The notes beneath the pieces are model-generated. The model worked only from the letters and a program-made list of their open reading frames with translations, made no database searches and was not told the origin of the DNA. Of a stretch of DNA of 64,000 bases, positions 9,169-21,100 are shown piece by piece; the first letter of the stretch is position 1, and every line of letters begins with the position of its first letter. A program made the translations under genes and the position numbers. The DNA is from Eledone cirrhosa. Lineage: Eukaryota. The stretch is from positions 184,760,001 to 184,824,000 of the forward strand of contig OZ024742.1 in NCBI GenBank assembly GCA_964016885.1, in the 5' to 3' direction.

Positions 9169-12100
9169 TTAAGTTAAGTTGGGGTTAACTTAAGTTGGGG
9201 TTCAGTTAAGTTGGCGTTCAGTTAAGTTGGGGTTAAGTTAAGTTGCGGTTAAGTTAAGTTGGGGTTAAGTTAAGTTGGGGTTAAGTTAAGTTGGGGTTAA
9301 GATAAGTTGGGGTTAAGTTAAGTTGTGGTTGCGTTAAGTTGGGGTTGAGTTAATTGGGGTTAAGTTAAGTTGGGGTTAACTTAAGTTGGGTTTAAGTTAA
9401 GTTGGGGTTAAGTTAAGTTGGGGTTAAATTAAGTTGGGGTTAAGATAAGTTGGGGTTAAGTTAAGTCGGGGTTAAGTTAAGTCGGGGTTAAGTTAAGTTG
9501 GGGTTAAGTTAACTTGGTGTTAAGTTAAGTTGGGGCTCAGTTAAGTTGGGGTTGAGTTAAGTTGGGGTCAAGTTAAGTTGGGACTAAGCTAAGTTGGGGT
9601 TAAGTTAAGTTGGGGTTAAGTTAAGTTGGCGCTAAGTTAAGTGAAGGTTAAGTTAAGTTGGGGTTGAGTTAAGTTGGGGTTAATTTAAGTTGGGGTTGAG
9701 TTAAGTTGGGGTTGAGTTAAGTTGGGGTTGAGTTAAGTTGGGGTTACGTTAAGTTGGGGTTAAGTTAAGTTGGGGTTAAGTTAAGTTTAGGTTAACTTAA
9801 GTTGGGGTTAAGTTAAGTTGGGGTTAAGTTAAGTTGGGGCTAAGTTAAGTTGGGGCTAAGTTAAGTTGGGGCTAAGTTAAGTTGGGGTTAAGTTAAGGTG
9901 GGGTTTAGTTAAGTTGGGGTTGAGTTAAGTTGGGGTTGAGTTAAGTTGGGGTTAAGTTAAGTTGGGGTTAAGTTAAGTTAGGGTTAACTTAAGTTGGGGT
10001 TAAGTTAAGTTGGGGTTGAGTTAAGTTGGGGTTTAATTAAGTTGGGGTTGAGTTAAGTTGGGGTTGAGTTAAGTTGGGCTTGAGTTAAGTTGGGGTTGAG
10101 TTAAGTTGGGCTTATCTTAAGTTGGGGTTAATTTAAGATGGGGTTAAGTTAAGTTGGGGTTAAGTTAATTTGGGGTTAAGTTAAGTTGGGGTTAAGTTAA
10201 GTTGGGGTTATGTTAAGTTGGGGTTAAGTTAAGTTGAGGTTAACTTAAGTTGGGGTTAAGTTAAGTTGGGGTTAAGTTAAGTTGGGGCTAAGTTAAGTTG
10301 GGGCTAAGTTAAGTTGGGGTTAAGTTAAGTTGGGGTTAAGTTAAGTTGGGGTCAACGTAAGTTGGGGTTAAGTTAAGTTGGGGTTAAGTTAATTTGGGGG
10401 TAAGTTAAGTTGGGGTTAATTTAAGTTGGGGTTAAGTTAAGTTGGGGTTAAGTTAAGTTGGGGCTGAGTTAAGTTGGGGCTGTGTTAAGTTGGGGTTAAG
10501 TTAAGTTGAGGTTAAGTTGGGGTTAAATTAAGTTGGGTTAATTTAAGTTGGGGTTAAGTTAAGTTGGGTTTAGGTTAAGTTGGGGTTGAGTTAAGTTGGG
10601 GTTAAGTTAAGTTGGGGTTAATTTAAGTTGGGGTTAAGTTAAGTTGGGGCTGAGTTAAGTTGGGGTTAAGTTAAGTTGGGGTTGAGTTAAGTTGGGGTTA
10701 AGTTAAGTTGGGGTTAAGTTAAGTCGGGGTTAAGTTAAGTTGGGGTTAAGTTAAGTTGGGGTTAAGTTAAGTTGGGTTTAAGATAAGTTGGGGTTAAGTT
10801 AAGTTGGGGTTGAGTTAAGTTGGGGTTGAGTTAATTTGGGGTTAAGTTAAGTTGGGGTTAACTTAAGTTGGGGTTCAGTTAAGTTGGCGTTCAGTTAAGT
10901 TGCGGTGAAGTTAAGTTGGGGTTAACTTAAGTCGGGGTTAAGTTAAGTTGGGGTCAAGTTAAGTTGGGGTTAAGTTAAGTTGGGGTTATGTTAAGTTGGG
11001 GTTAAGTTAAGTTGGGGTTAAGTTAAGTCGGGGTTAAGTTAAGTTGGGGTTAAGTTAATTGGGGTTAAGTTAAGTTGGGGTCAAGTTAAGTTGGGGTTAA
11101 GTTAAGTTAGGGTTAAGTTAAGCTTGGGTTAAATTAAGTTGGGGTTGAGTTAATTTGGGGTTGAGTTAAGTTGGGGTTGAGTTAAGTTGGGGTTAAGTTA
11201 AGTTGGGGTTAACTTAAGTTGGGGTTAAGTTAAGTTGGGGTCAATTTAAGTTGAGGTTAAGTTAACTTGGGATTAAGTTAAGTTGGGGTTAACTTAAATT
11301 GAGGTTAAGTTAAGTTGGGGTTAAGTTAAGTTGGGGGTAAGTTAAGTTGGGGGTAAGTTAAGTTTGGGTTAAGTTGGGGTTAAGTTAAGTTAGGGTTAAG
11401 TTACGTTGGGGTTGAGTTAAGTTGGGGTTAATTTAAATTTGGGTTAAGTTAACTTTGTGGTTAAGTTAAGTTGGGGTTAAGTTAAGTTGAGGTTAAGTTA
11501 ATTTGAGGTTAAGTTAAGTTGGGGTTAAGTTAAGTTGGGGTTAAATTAAGCTGGGTTGAAGTTAAGTTGGGGTTAAGTTAAGTTGGGGTTAAGTTAAGTT
11601 GGGGTTGAGTTAAGTTGGGGTTAAGTTAAGTTGGGTTTAAGTTAAGTTGTGGTTAAGTTAAGTTGGGGTTAAGTTAAGGTGGGGTTAAGTTAAGTTGGGG
11701 TTAAGTTAAGTCGGGGTTAAGTTAAGTTGGGGTTAAGTTAAGTTGGGGTTAAATTAAGTTGGGGTTAAGTTAAGTTGGGGTTAAGATAAGTTGGGGTTAA
11801 GTTAAGTTGGGGTTGAGTTAAGTTGGGGTTGAGTTAATTTGGGGTTAAGTTAAGTTGGGGTTAACTTAAGTTGGGGTTAAGTTAAGTTGGCGTTCAGTTA
11901 AGTTGCGGTTAAGTTAAGTTGGGGTTAACTTAAGTCGGGGTTAAGTTAAGTTGGGGTTAAGTTAAGTTGGGGTCAAGTTAAGTTGGGGTTAAGTTAAGTT
12001 GGGGTTAAGTTAAGTTGGGGTTAAGTTAAGTCGGGGTTAAGTTAAGTTGGGGTTAAGTTAAGTTGGGGTTAAGTTAAGTTGGGGTCAAGTTAAGTTGGGG

Positions 12101-15100
12101 TTAAGTTAAGTTGGGGTTAAGTTAAGTTGGGGTTAAGTTAAGTCGCGGTTAGTTAAGTTGGGGTTAAGTTAAGATGGGGTTAAGTTAAGTTGTGGTTAAG
12201 TTAAGTTGGGGTTAAGATAAGTTGGGGTTAAGTTAAGTTGCGGTTGAGTTAAGTTAGGGTTGAGTTAATTGGGGTTAAGTTAAGTTGGGGCTAAGTTAAG
12301 TTGGGGCTAAGTTAAGTTGGGGCTAAGTTAAGTTGGGGTTAAGTTAAGGTGGGGTTTAGTTAAGTTGGGGTTGAGTTAAGTTGGGGTTGAGTTAAGTTGG
12401 GGTTAAGTTAAGTTGGGGTGAAGTTAAGTTAGGGTTAACTTAAGTTGGGGTTAAGTTAAGTTTAGGTTAACTTAAGTTGGGGTTAAGTTAAGTTGGGGTT
12501 GAGTTAAGTTGGGGCTAAGTTAAGTTGGGGCTAAGTTAAGTTGGGGCTAAGTTAAGTTGGGGTTAAGTTAAGGTGGGGTTTAGTTAAGTTGGGGTTGAGT
12601 TAAGTTGGGGTTGAGTTAAGTTAGGGTTAAGTTAAGTTGGGGTTAAGTTAAGTTAGGGTTAACTTAAGTTGGGGTTAAGTTAAGTTGGGGTTGAGTTAAG
12701 TTGGGGTTTAATTAAGTTGGGGTTGAGTTAAGTTGGGGTTGAGTTAAGTTGGGCTTGAGTTAAGTTGGGGTTGAGTTAAGTTGGGCTTATCTTAAGTTGG
12801 GGTTAATTTAAGATGGGGTTAAGTTAAGTTGGGGTTAAGTTAATTTGGGGTTAAGTTAAGTTGGGGTTAAGTTAAGTTGGGGTTATGTTAAGTTGGGGTT
12901 AAGTTAAGTTGAGGTTAACTTAAGTTGGGGTTAAGTTAAGTTGGGGTTAAGTTAAGTTGGGGCTAAGTTAAGTTGGGGCTAAGTTAAGTTGGGGTTAAGT
13001 TAAGTTGGGGTTAAGTTAAGTTGGGGTCAACTTAAGTTGGGGCTAAGTTAAGTTGGGGTTAAGTTAAGTTGGGGCTAAGTTAAGTTGGAGTTAAGTTAAG
13101 TTGGGGTTAAATTAAGTTGGGGTCAACGTAAGTTGGGGTTAAGTTAAGTTGGGGTTAAGTTAATTTGGGGGTAAGTTAAGTTGGGGTTAAGTTAAGTTGG
13201 GGTTAAGTTAAGTTGGGGTTAAGTTAAGTTGGGGCTGAGTTAAATTGGGGCTGTGTTAAGTTGGGGTTAAGTTAAGTTGGGGTTAAGTTAAGTTGGGGTT
13301 AAGGTAAGTTGGGGTTAAGTTGGGGTTAAATTAAGTTGGGGTTAATTTAAGTTGGGGTTAAGTTAAGTTGGGTTTAGGTTAAGTTGGGGTTGAGTTAAGT
13401 TGGGGTTAAGTTAAGTTGGGGTTAATTTAAGTTGGGGTTAAGTTAAGTTGGGGCTGAGTTAAGTTGGGGTTAAGTTAAGTTGGGGTTAAGTTAAGTTGGG
13501 GTTAAGTTAAGTTGGGGTTAAGTTAAGTTGGGGTTAAGTTAAGTTGGGGTTAAGATAAGTTGGGGTTAAGTTAAGTTGGGGTTGAGTTAAGTTGGGGTTG
13601 AGTTAATTTGGGGTTAAGTTAAGTTGGGGTTAACTTAAGTTGGGGTTCAGTTAAGTTGGCGTTCAGTTAAGTTGCGGTGAAGTTAAGTTGGGGTTAACTT
13701 AAGTCGGGGTTAAGTTAAGTTGGGGTTAAGTTAAGTTGGGGTGAAGTTAAGTTGGGGTTAAGTTAAGTTGGGGTTATGTTAAGTTGGCGTTCAGTTAAGT
13801 TGCGGTGAAGTTAAGTTGGGGTTAACTTAAGTCGGGGTTAAGTTTAAGTTGGGGTTAAGTTAAGTTGGAGTCAAGTTAAGTTGGGGTTAAGTTAAGTTGG
13901 GGTTATGTTAAGTTGGGGTTAAGTTAAGTTGGGGTTAAGTTAAGTCGGGGTTAAGTTAAGTTGGGGTTAAGTTAATTGGGGTTAAGTTAAGTTGGGGTCA
14001 AGTTAAGTTGGGGTTAAGTTAAGTTAGGGTTAAGTTAAGCTTGGGTTAAATTAAGTTGGGGTTGAGTTAATTTGGGGTTGAGTTAAGTTGGGGTTGAGTT
14101 AAGTTGGGGTTGAGTTAAGTTGGGGTTAAGTTAAGTTGGGGTTAACTTAAGTTGGGGTTAAGTTAAGTTGGGGTCAATTTAAGTTGAGGTTAAGTTAACT
14201 TGGGATTAAGTTAAGTTGGGGTTAACTTAAATTGAGGTTAAGTTAAGTTGGGGTTAAGTTAAGTTGGGGGTAAGTTAAGTTGGGGGTAAGTTAAGTTTGG
14301 GTTAAGTTGGGGTTAAGTTGGGGTTAAGTTAAGTTAGGGTTAAGTTACGTTGGGGTTGAGTTAAGTTGGGGTTAATTTAAATTGGGGTTAAGTTAACTTT
14401 GTGGTTAAGTTAAGTTGGGGTTAAGTTAAGTTGAGGTTAAGTTAATTTGAGGTTAAGTTAAGTTGGGGTTAAGTTAAGTTGGGGTTAAATTAAGCTGGGT
14501 TGAAGTTAAGTTGGGGTTAAGTTAAGTTGGGGTTAAGTTAAGGTGGGGTTAAGTTAAGTTGGGGTTAAGTTAAGTCGGGGTTAAGTTAAGTTGGGGTTAA
14601 GTTAAGTTGGGGTTAAATTAAGTTGGGGTTAAGTTAAGTTGGGGTTAAGATAAGTTGGGGTTAAGTTAAGTTGGGGTTGAGTTAAGTTGGGGTTGAGTTA
14701 ATTTGGGGTTAAGTTAAGTTGGGGTTAACTTAAGTTGGGGTTAAGTTAAGTTGGCGTTCAGTTAAGTTGCGGTTAAGTTAAGTTGGGGTTAACTTAAGTC
14801 GGGGTTAAGTTAAGTTGGGGTTAAGTTAAGTTGGGGTCAGGTTAAGTTGGGGTTAAGTTAAGTTGGGGTTAAGTTAAGTTCGGGTTAAGTTAAGTCGGGG
14901 TTAAGTTAAGTTGGGGTTAAGTTAAGTTGGGGTTAAGTTAAGTTGGGGTTAAGTTAAGTCGCGGTTAGTTAAGTTGGGGTTAAGTTAAGATGGGGTTAAG
15001 TTAAGTTGTGGTTAAGTTAAGTTGGGGTTAAGATAAGTTGGGGTTAACTTAAGTTGCGGTTGAGTTAAGTTAGGGTTGAGTTAATTGGGGTTAAGTTAAG

Positions 15101-15199
15101 TTGGGGCTAAGTTAAGTTGGGGCTAAGTTAAGTTGGGGCTAAGTTAAGTTGGGGTTAAGTTAAGGTGGGGTTTAGTTAAGTTGGGGTTGAGTTAAGTTG

Positions 15200-18100
15200 G
15201 GGTTGAGTTAAGTTGGGGTTAAGTTAAGTTGGGGTTACGTTAAGTTAGGGTTAACTTAAGTTGGGGTTAAGTTAAGTTTAGGTTAACTTAAGTTGGGGTT
15301 AAGTTAAGTTGGGGTTAAGTTAAGTTGGGGCTAAGTTAAGTTGGGGCTAAGTTAAGTTGGGGCTAAGTTAAGTTGGGGTTAAGTTAAGGTGGGGTTTAGT
15401 TAAGTTGGGGTTGAGTTAAGTTGGGGTTGAGTTAAGTTAGGGTTAAGTTAAGTTGGGGTTAAGTTAAGTTAGGGTTAACTTAAGTTGGGGTTAAGTTAAG
15501 TTGGGGTTGAGTTAAGTTGGGGTTTAATTAAGTTGGGGTTGAGTTAAGTTGGGGTTGAGTTAAGTTGGGCTTGAGTTAAGTTGGGGTTGAGTTAAGTTGG
15601 GCTTATCTTAAGTTGGGGTTAATTTAAGATGGGGTTAAGTTAAGTTGGGGTTAAGTTAATTTGGGGTTAAGTTAAGTTGGGGTTAAGTTAAGTTGGGGTT
15701 ATGTTAAGTTGGGGTTAAGTTAAGTTGAGGTTAACTTAAGTTGGGGTTAAGTTAAGTTGGGGTTAAGTTAAGTTGGGGCTAAGTTAAGTTGGGGCTAAGT
15801 TAAGTTGGGGTTAAGTTAAGTTGGGGTTAAGTTAAGTTGGGGTCAACTTAAGTTGGGGCTAAGTTAAGTTGGGGTTAAGTTAAGTTGGGGCTAAGTTAAG
15901 TTGGAGTTAAGTTAAGTTGGGGTTAAATTAAGTTGGGGTCAACGTAAGTTGGGGTTAAGTTAAGTTGGGGTTAAGTTAATTTGGGGGTAAGTTAAGTTGG
16001 GGTTAAGTTAAGTTGGGGTTAAGTTAAGTTGGGGTTAAGTTAAGTTGGGGCTGAGTTAAATTGGGGCTGTGTTAAGTTGGGGTTAAGTTAAGTTGGGGTT
16101 AAGTTAAGTTGGGGTTAAGTTAAGTTGGGGTTAAGTTGGGGTTAAATTAAGTTGGGGTTAATTTAAGTTGGGGTTAAGTTAAGTTGGGTTTAGGTTAAGT
16201 TGGGGTTGAGTTAAGTTGGGGTTAAGTTAAGTTGGGGTTAATTTAAGTTGGGGTTAAGTTAAGTTGGGGCTGAGTTAAGTTGGGGTTAAGTTAAGTTGGG
16301 GTTGAGTTAAGTTGGGGTTAAGTTAAGTTGGGGTTAAGTTAAGTCGGGGTTAAGTTAAGTTGGGGTTAAGTTAAGTTGGGGTTAAGTTAAGTTGGGGTTA
16401 AGTTAAGTTGGGGTTAAGTTAAGTTGGGGTTAAGATAAGTTGGGGTTAAGTTAAGTTGGGGTTGAGTTAAGTTGGGGTTGAGTTAATTTGGGGTTAAGTT
16501 AAGTTGGGGTTAACTTAAGTTGGGGTTCAGTTAAGTTGGCGTTCAATTAAGTTGCGGTGAAGTTAAGTTGGGGTTAACTTAAGTCGGGGTTAAGTTAAGT
16601 TGGGGTTAAGTTAAGTTGGGGTCAAGTTAAGTTGGGGTTAAGTTGGGGTTATGTTAAGTTGGGGTTAAGTTAAGTTGGGGTTAAGTTAAGTCGGGGTTAA
16701 GTTAAGTTGGGGTTAAGTTAAGTTGGGGTTAAGTTAAGTTGGGGTCAAGTTAAGTTGGGGTTAAGTTAAGTTGGGGTTAAGTTAAGTCGCGGTTAAGTTA
16801 AGTTGGGGTTAAGTTAAGATGGGGTTAAGTTAAGTTGGGGTTAAGTTAAGTTGGGGTTAAGATAAGTTGGGGTTAAGTTAAGTTGGGGTTGAGTTAAGTT
16901 GGGGTTGAGTTAATTGGGGTTAAGTTAAGTTGGGGTTAACTTAAGTTGGGTTTAAGTTAAGTTGGGGTTAAGTTAAGTTGGGGTTAAATTAAGTTGGGGT
17001 TAAGATAAGTTGGGGTTAAGTTAAGTCGGGGTTAAGTTAAGTCGGGGTTAAGTTAAGTTGGGGTTAAGTTAACTTGGTGTTAAGTTAAGTTGGGGCTCAG
17101 TTAAGTTGGGGTTGAGTTAAGTTGGGGTCAATTTAAGTTGGGACTAAGCTAAGTTGGGGTTAAGTTAAGTTGGGGTTAAGTTAAGTTGGCGCTAAGTTTA
17201 GTGAAGGTTAAGTTAAGTTGGGGTTGAGTTAAGTTGGGGTTAAGTTAAGTTGGGGTTAAGTTAAGTTAGGGTTAAGTTAAGCTTGGGTTAAGTTAAGTTG
17301 GGGTTGAGTTAATTTGGGGTTGAGTTAAGTTGGGGTTGAGTTAAGTTGGGGTTGAGTTAAGTTGGGGTTAAGTTAAGTTGGGGTTAACTTAAGTTGGGGT
17401 TAAGTTAAGTTGGGGTCAATTTAAGTTGAGGTTAAGTTAACTTGGGATTAAGTTAAGTTGGGGTTAACTTAAATTGAGGTTAAGTTAAGTTGGGGTTAAG
17501 TTAAGTTGGGGGTAAGTTAAGTTGGGGGTAAGTTAAGTTTGGGTTAAGTTGGGGTTAAGTTAAGTTAGGGTTAAGTTACGTTGGGGTTGAGTTAAGTTGG
17601 GGTTAATTTAAATTGGGGTTAAGTTAACTTTGTTGTTCAGTTAAGTTGGGGTTAAGTTAAGTTGGGGCTTATTTAAGTTGGGGTTAAGTTAAGTTGGGGT
17701 CAATTTAAGTTGGGACTAAGCTAAGTTGGGGTTAAGTTAAGTTGGGGTTAAGTTAAGTTGGCGCTAAGTTTAGTGAAGGTTAAGTTAAGTTGGGGTTGAG
17801 TTAAGTTGGGGTTAAGTTAAGTTGGGGTTAAGTTAAGTTAGGGTTAAGTTAAGCTTGGGTTAAGTTAAGTTGGGGTTGAGTTAATTTGGGGTTGAGTTAA
17901 GTTGGGGTTGAGTTAAGTTGGGGTTGAGTTAAGTTGGGGTTAAGTTAAGTTGGGGTTAACTTAAGTTGGGGTTAAGTTAAGTTGGGGTCAATTTAAGTTG
18001 AGGTTAAGTTAACTTGGGATTAAGTTAAGTTGGGGTTAACTTAAATTGAGGTTAAGTTAAGTTGGGGTTAAGTTAAGTTGGGGGTAAGTTAAGTTGGGGG

Positions 18101-21100
18101 TAAGTTAAGTTTGGGTTAAGTTGGGGTTAAGTTAAGTTAGGGTTAAGTTACGTTGGGGTTGAGTTAAGTTGGGGTTAATTTAAATTGGGGTTAAGTTAAC
18201 TTTGTTGTTCAGTTAAGTTGGGGTTAAGTTAAGTTGGGGCTTATTTAAGTTGGGGTTAAGTTAAGTTGTGGTTAAGTTAAGTTGGGGTTAAGTTAAGTTG
18301 GGGTTAAGTTAAGTTGGGGTTAAGTTAAGTTGGGGTTAAATTAAGCTGGGTTGAAGTTAAGTTGGGGTTAAGTTATGTTGGGGTTAAGTTAAGTTGGGGT
18401 TAAGTTAAGTTGGGGTTAAGTTAAGTCGGGGTTAAGTTAATTTGGGGTTCAGTTAAGTTGGGGTTAAGTTAAGTTGGGGCTTATTTAAGTTGGGGTTAAG
18501 TTAAGTTGTGGTTAAGTTAAGTTGGGGTTAAGTTAAGTCGGGGTTAAGTTAAGTCGGGGTTAAGTTAAGTTGTGGTTAAGTTAAGTTGGGGTTAAGTTAA
18601 GTTGGGGTTAAGTTAAGTTAGGGATAAGCTAAGTTGGCGTTAAGTTAAGTTGGGGTTAAGTTAAGTTGGGGTTAAGTTAAGTTGTGGTTAAGTTAAGTTG
18701 GGGCTGAGTTAAGTTGGGGTCAAGTTAAGTTGGGGTTGAGTTAAGTTGGGGTTAAGTTAACTTGGGGTTAATTTAAGTTGGGGTTAAGTCAAATTGGGTT
18801 TGAGTTAAGTTAGGGTTAAGTTAAGTTGGGGTTAAGTTAAGTTGGGGTTAAGTTAAGTTGGGGTTAAGTTAAGTTGGGGTTAAGTTAAGTTGAGGTTAAG
18901 TTAAGTTGGGGTTAAATTCAGTTGGGGTTAACTTAAGTTGGGGTTAAGTTAAGTTGGGGTTAAGTTAAGTTGAGTTTAAGTTAAGTTGGAGTTAATTTAA
19001 GTTGAGGTTAAGTTAAGTTGTGGTAAAGTTAAGTTGGGGTTAAGTTAAGTTGGGGTTAAGTTAAGTTGGGGTTCAGTTAAGTTGGGGTTAAGTTAAGTAG
19101 GGGTTCAGTTGGGGTTAAATTAAGTTGGGGTTAAGTTAAGTTGGGGTTAAGTTAAGTTGGGGTTAAGTTAAGTTGGGGTTAAGTTAAGTTGGGGTTAAGT
19201 TAAGTTGGGGTTGAGTTAAGTTGGGGTTAAGTTAAGTCGGGGTTAAGTTAAGTTGGGGTTAAGTTAAGTTGGGGTTAAGTTAAGTTGGGGTTAAGTTAAG
19301 TTGGGGTTGAGTTAAGTTGGGGTTAAGTTAAGTCGGGGTTAAGTTAAGTTGGGGTTAAGTTAAGTTGGGGTTAAGTTAAGTTGGGGTTAAGTTAAGTTCG
19401 GGTTAAGATAAGTTGGGGTTAAGTTAAGTTGGGGTTGAGTTAAGTTGGGGTTGAGTTAATTTGGGGTTAAGTTAAGTTGGGGTTAACTTAAGTTGGGGTT
19501 AAGTTAAGTTGGCGTTCAGTTAAGTTGCGGTTAAGTTAAGTTGGGGTTAACTTAAGTCGGGTTTAAGTTAAGTTGGGGTTAAGTTAAGTTGGGGTCAAGT
19601 TAAGTTGGGGTTAAGTTAAGTTGGGGTTAAGTTAAGTTGGGGTTAAGTTAAGTCGGGGTTAAGTTAAGTTGGGGTTAAGTTAAGTTGGGGTTAAGTTAAG
19701 TTGGGGTCAAGTTAAGTTGGGGTTAAGTTAAGTTGGGGTTAAGTTAAGTTGGGGTTAAGTTAAGTCGCGGTTAAGTTAAGTTGGGGTTAAGCTAAGATGG
19801 GGTTAAGTTAAGTTGTGGTTAAGTTAAGTTGGGGTTAAGATAAGTTGGGGTTAAGTTAAGTTGCGGTTGAGTTAAGTTGGGGTTGAGTTAATTGGGGTTA
19901 AGTTAAGTTGGGGTTAACTTAAGTTGGGTTTAAGTTAAGTTGGGGTTAAGTTAAGTTGGGGTTAAATTAAGTTGGGGTTATGATAAGTTGGGGTTAAGTT
20001 AAGTCGGGGTTAAGTTATGTCGGGGTTAAGTTAAGTTGGGGTTAAGTTAACTTGGTGTTAAGTTAAGTTGGGGTTCAGTTAAGTTGGGGTTGAGTTAAGT
20101 TGGGGGTCAAGTTAAGTTGGGGTTAAGCTAAGTTGGGGTTAAGTTAAGTTGGGGTTAAGTTAAGTTGGGGTTAATTTAAGTTTTGGTTAAGTTAAGTTGG
20201 GGTTAACTTAAGTTGGGGTTAAGTTAAGTTGGCGTTCAGTTAAGTTGCGGTTAAGTTAAGTTGGGGTTAACTTAAGTCGGGGTTAAATTAAGTTGGGATT
20301 AAGTTAAGTTGGGGTCAAGTTAAGTTGGGGTTAAGTTAAGTTGGGGTTAAGTTAAGTTGGGGTTAAGTTAAGTCGGGGTTAAGTTAAGTTGGGGTTAAGT
20401 TAAGTTGGGGTTAAGTTAAGTTGGGGTCAAGTTAAGTTGGGGTTAAGTTAAGTTGGGGTTAAGTTAAGTTGGGGTTAAGTTAAGTCGCGGTTAGTTAAGT
20501 TGGGGTTAAGTTAAGATGGGGTTAAGTTAAGTTGTGGTTAAGTTAAGTTGGGGTTAAGCTAAGTTGGGGTTAAGTTAAGTTGCGGTTGAGTTAAGTTAGG
20601 TTTGAGTTAATTGGGGTTAAGTTAAGTTGGGGCTAAGTTAAGTTGGGGCTAAGTTAAGTTGGGGCTAAGTTAAGTTGGGGTTAAGTTAAGGTGGGGTTTA
20701 GTTAAGTTGGGGTTGAGTTAAGTTGGGGTTGAGTTAAGTTGGGGTTAAGTTAAGTTGGGGTTAAGTTAAGTTAGGGTTAACTTAAGTTGGGGTTAAGTTA
20801 AGTTTAGGTTAACTTAAGTTGGGGTTAAGTTAAGTTGGGGTTAAGTTAAGTTGGGGCTAAGTTAAGTTGGGGCTAAGTTAAGTTGGGGCTAAGTTAAGTT
20901 GGGGTTAAGTTAAGGTGGGGTTTAGTTAAGTTGGGGTTGAGTTAAGTTGGGGTTGAGTTAAGTTAGGGTTAAGTTAAGTTGGGGTTAAGTTAAGTTAGGG
21001 TTAACTTAAGTTGGGGTTAAGTTAAGTTGGGGTTGAGTTAAGTTGGGGTTTAATTAAGTTGGGGTTGAGTTAAGTTGGGGTTGAGTTAAGTTGGGCTTGA

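Noticed and set aside
9140-9200. Classical end-to-end telomere fusion site
   Set aside because: A fusion gives G-rich followed by C-rich repeats on one strand. Here the order is C-rich then G-rich, and the two repeats are different.
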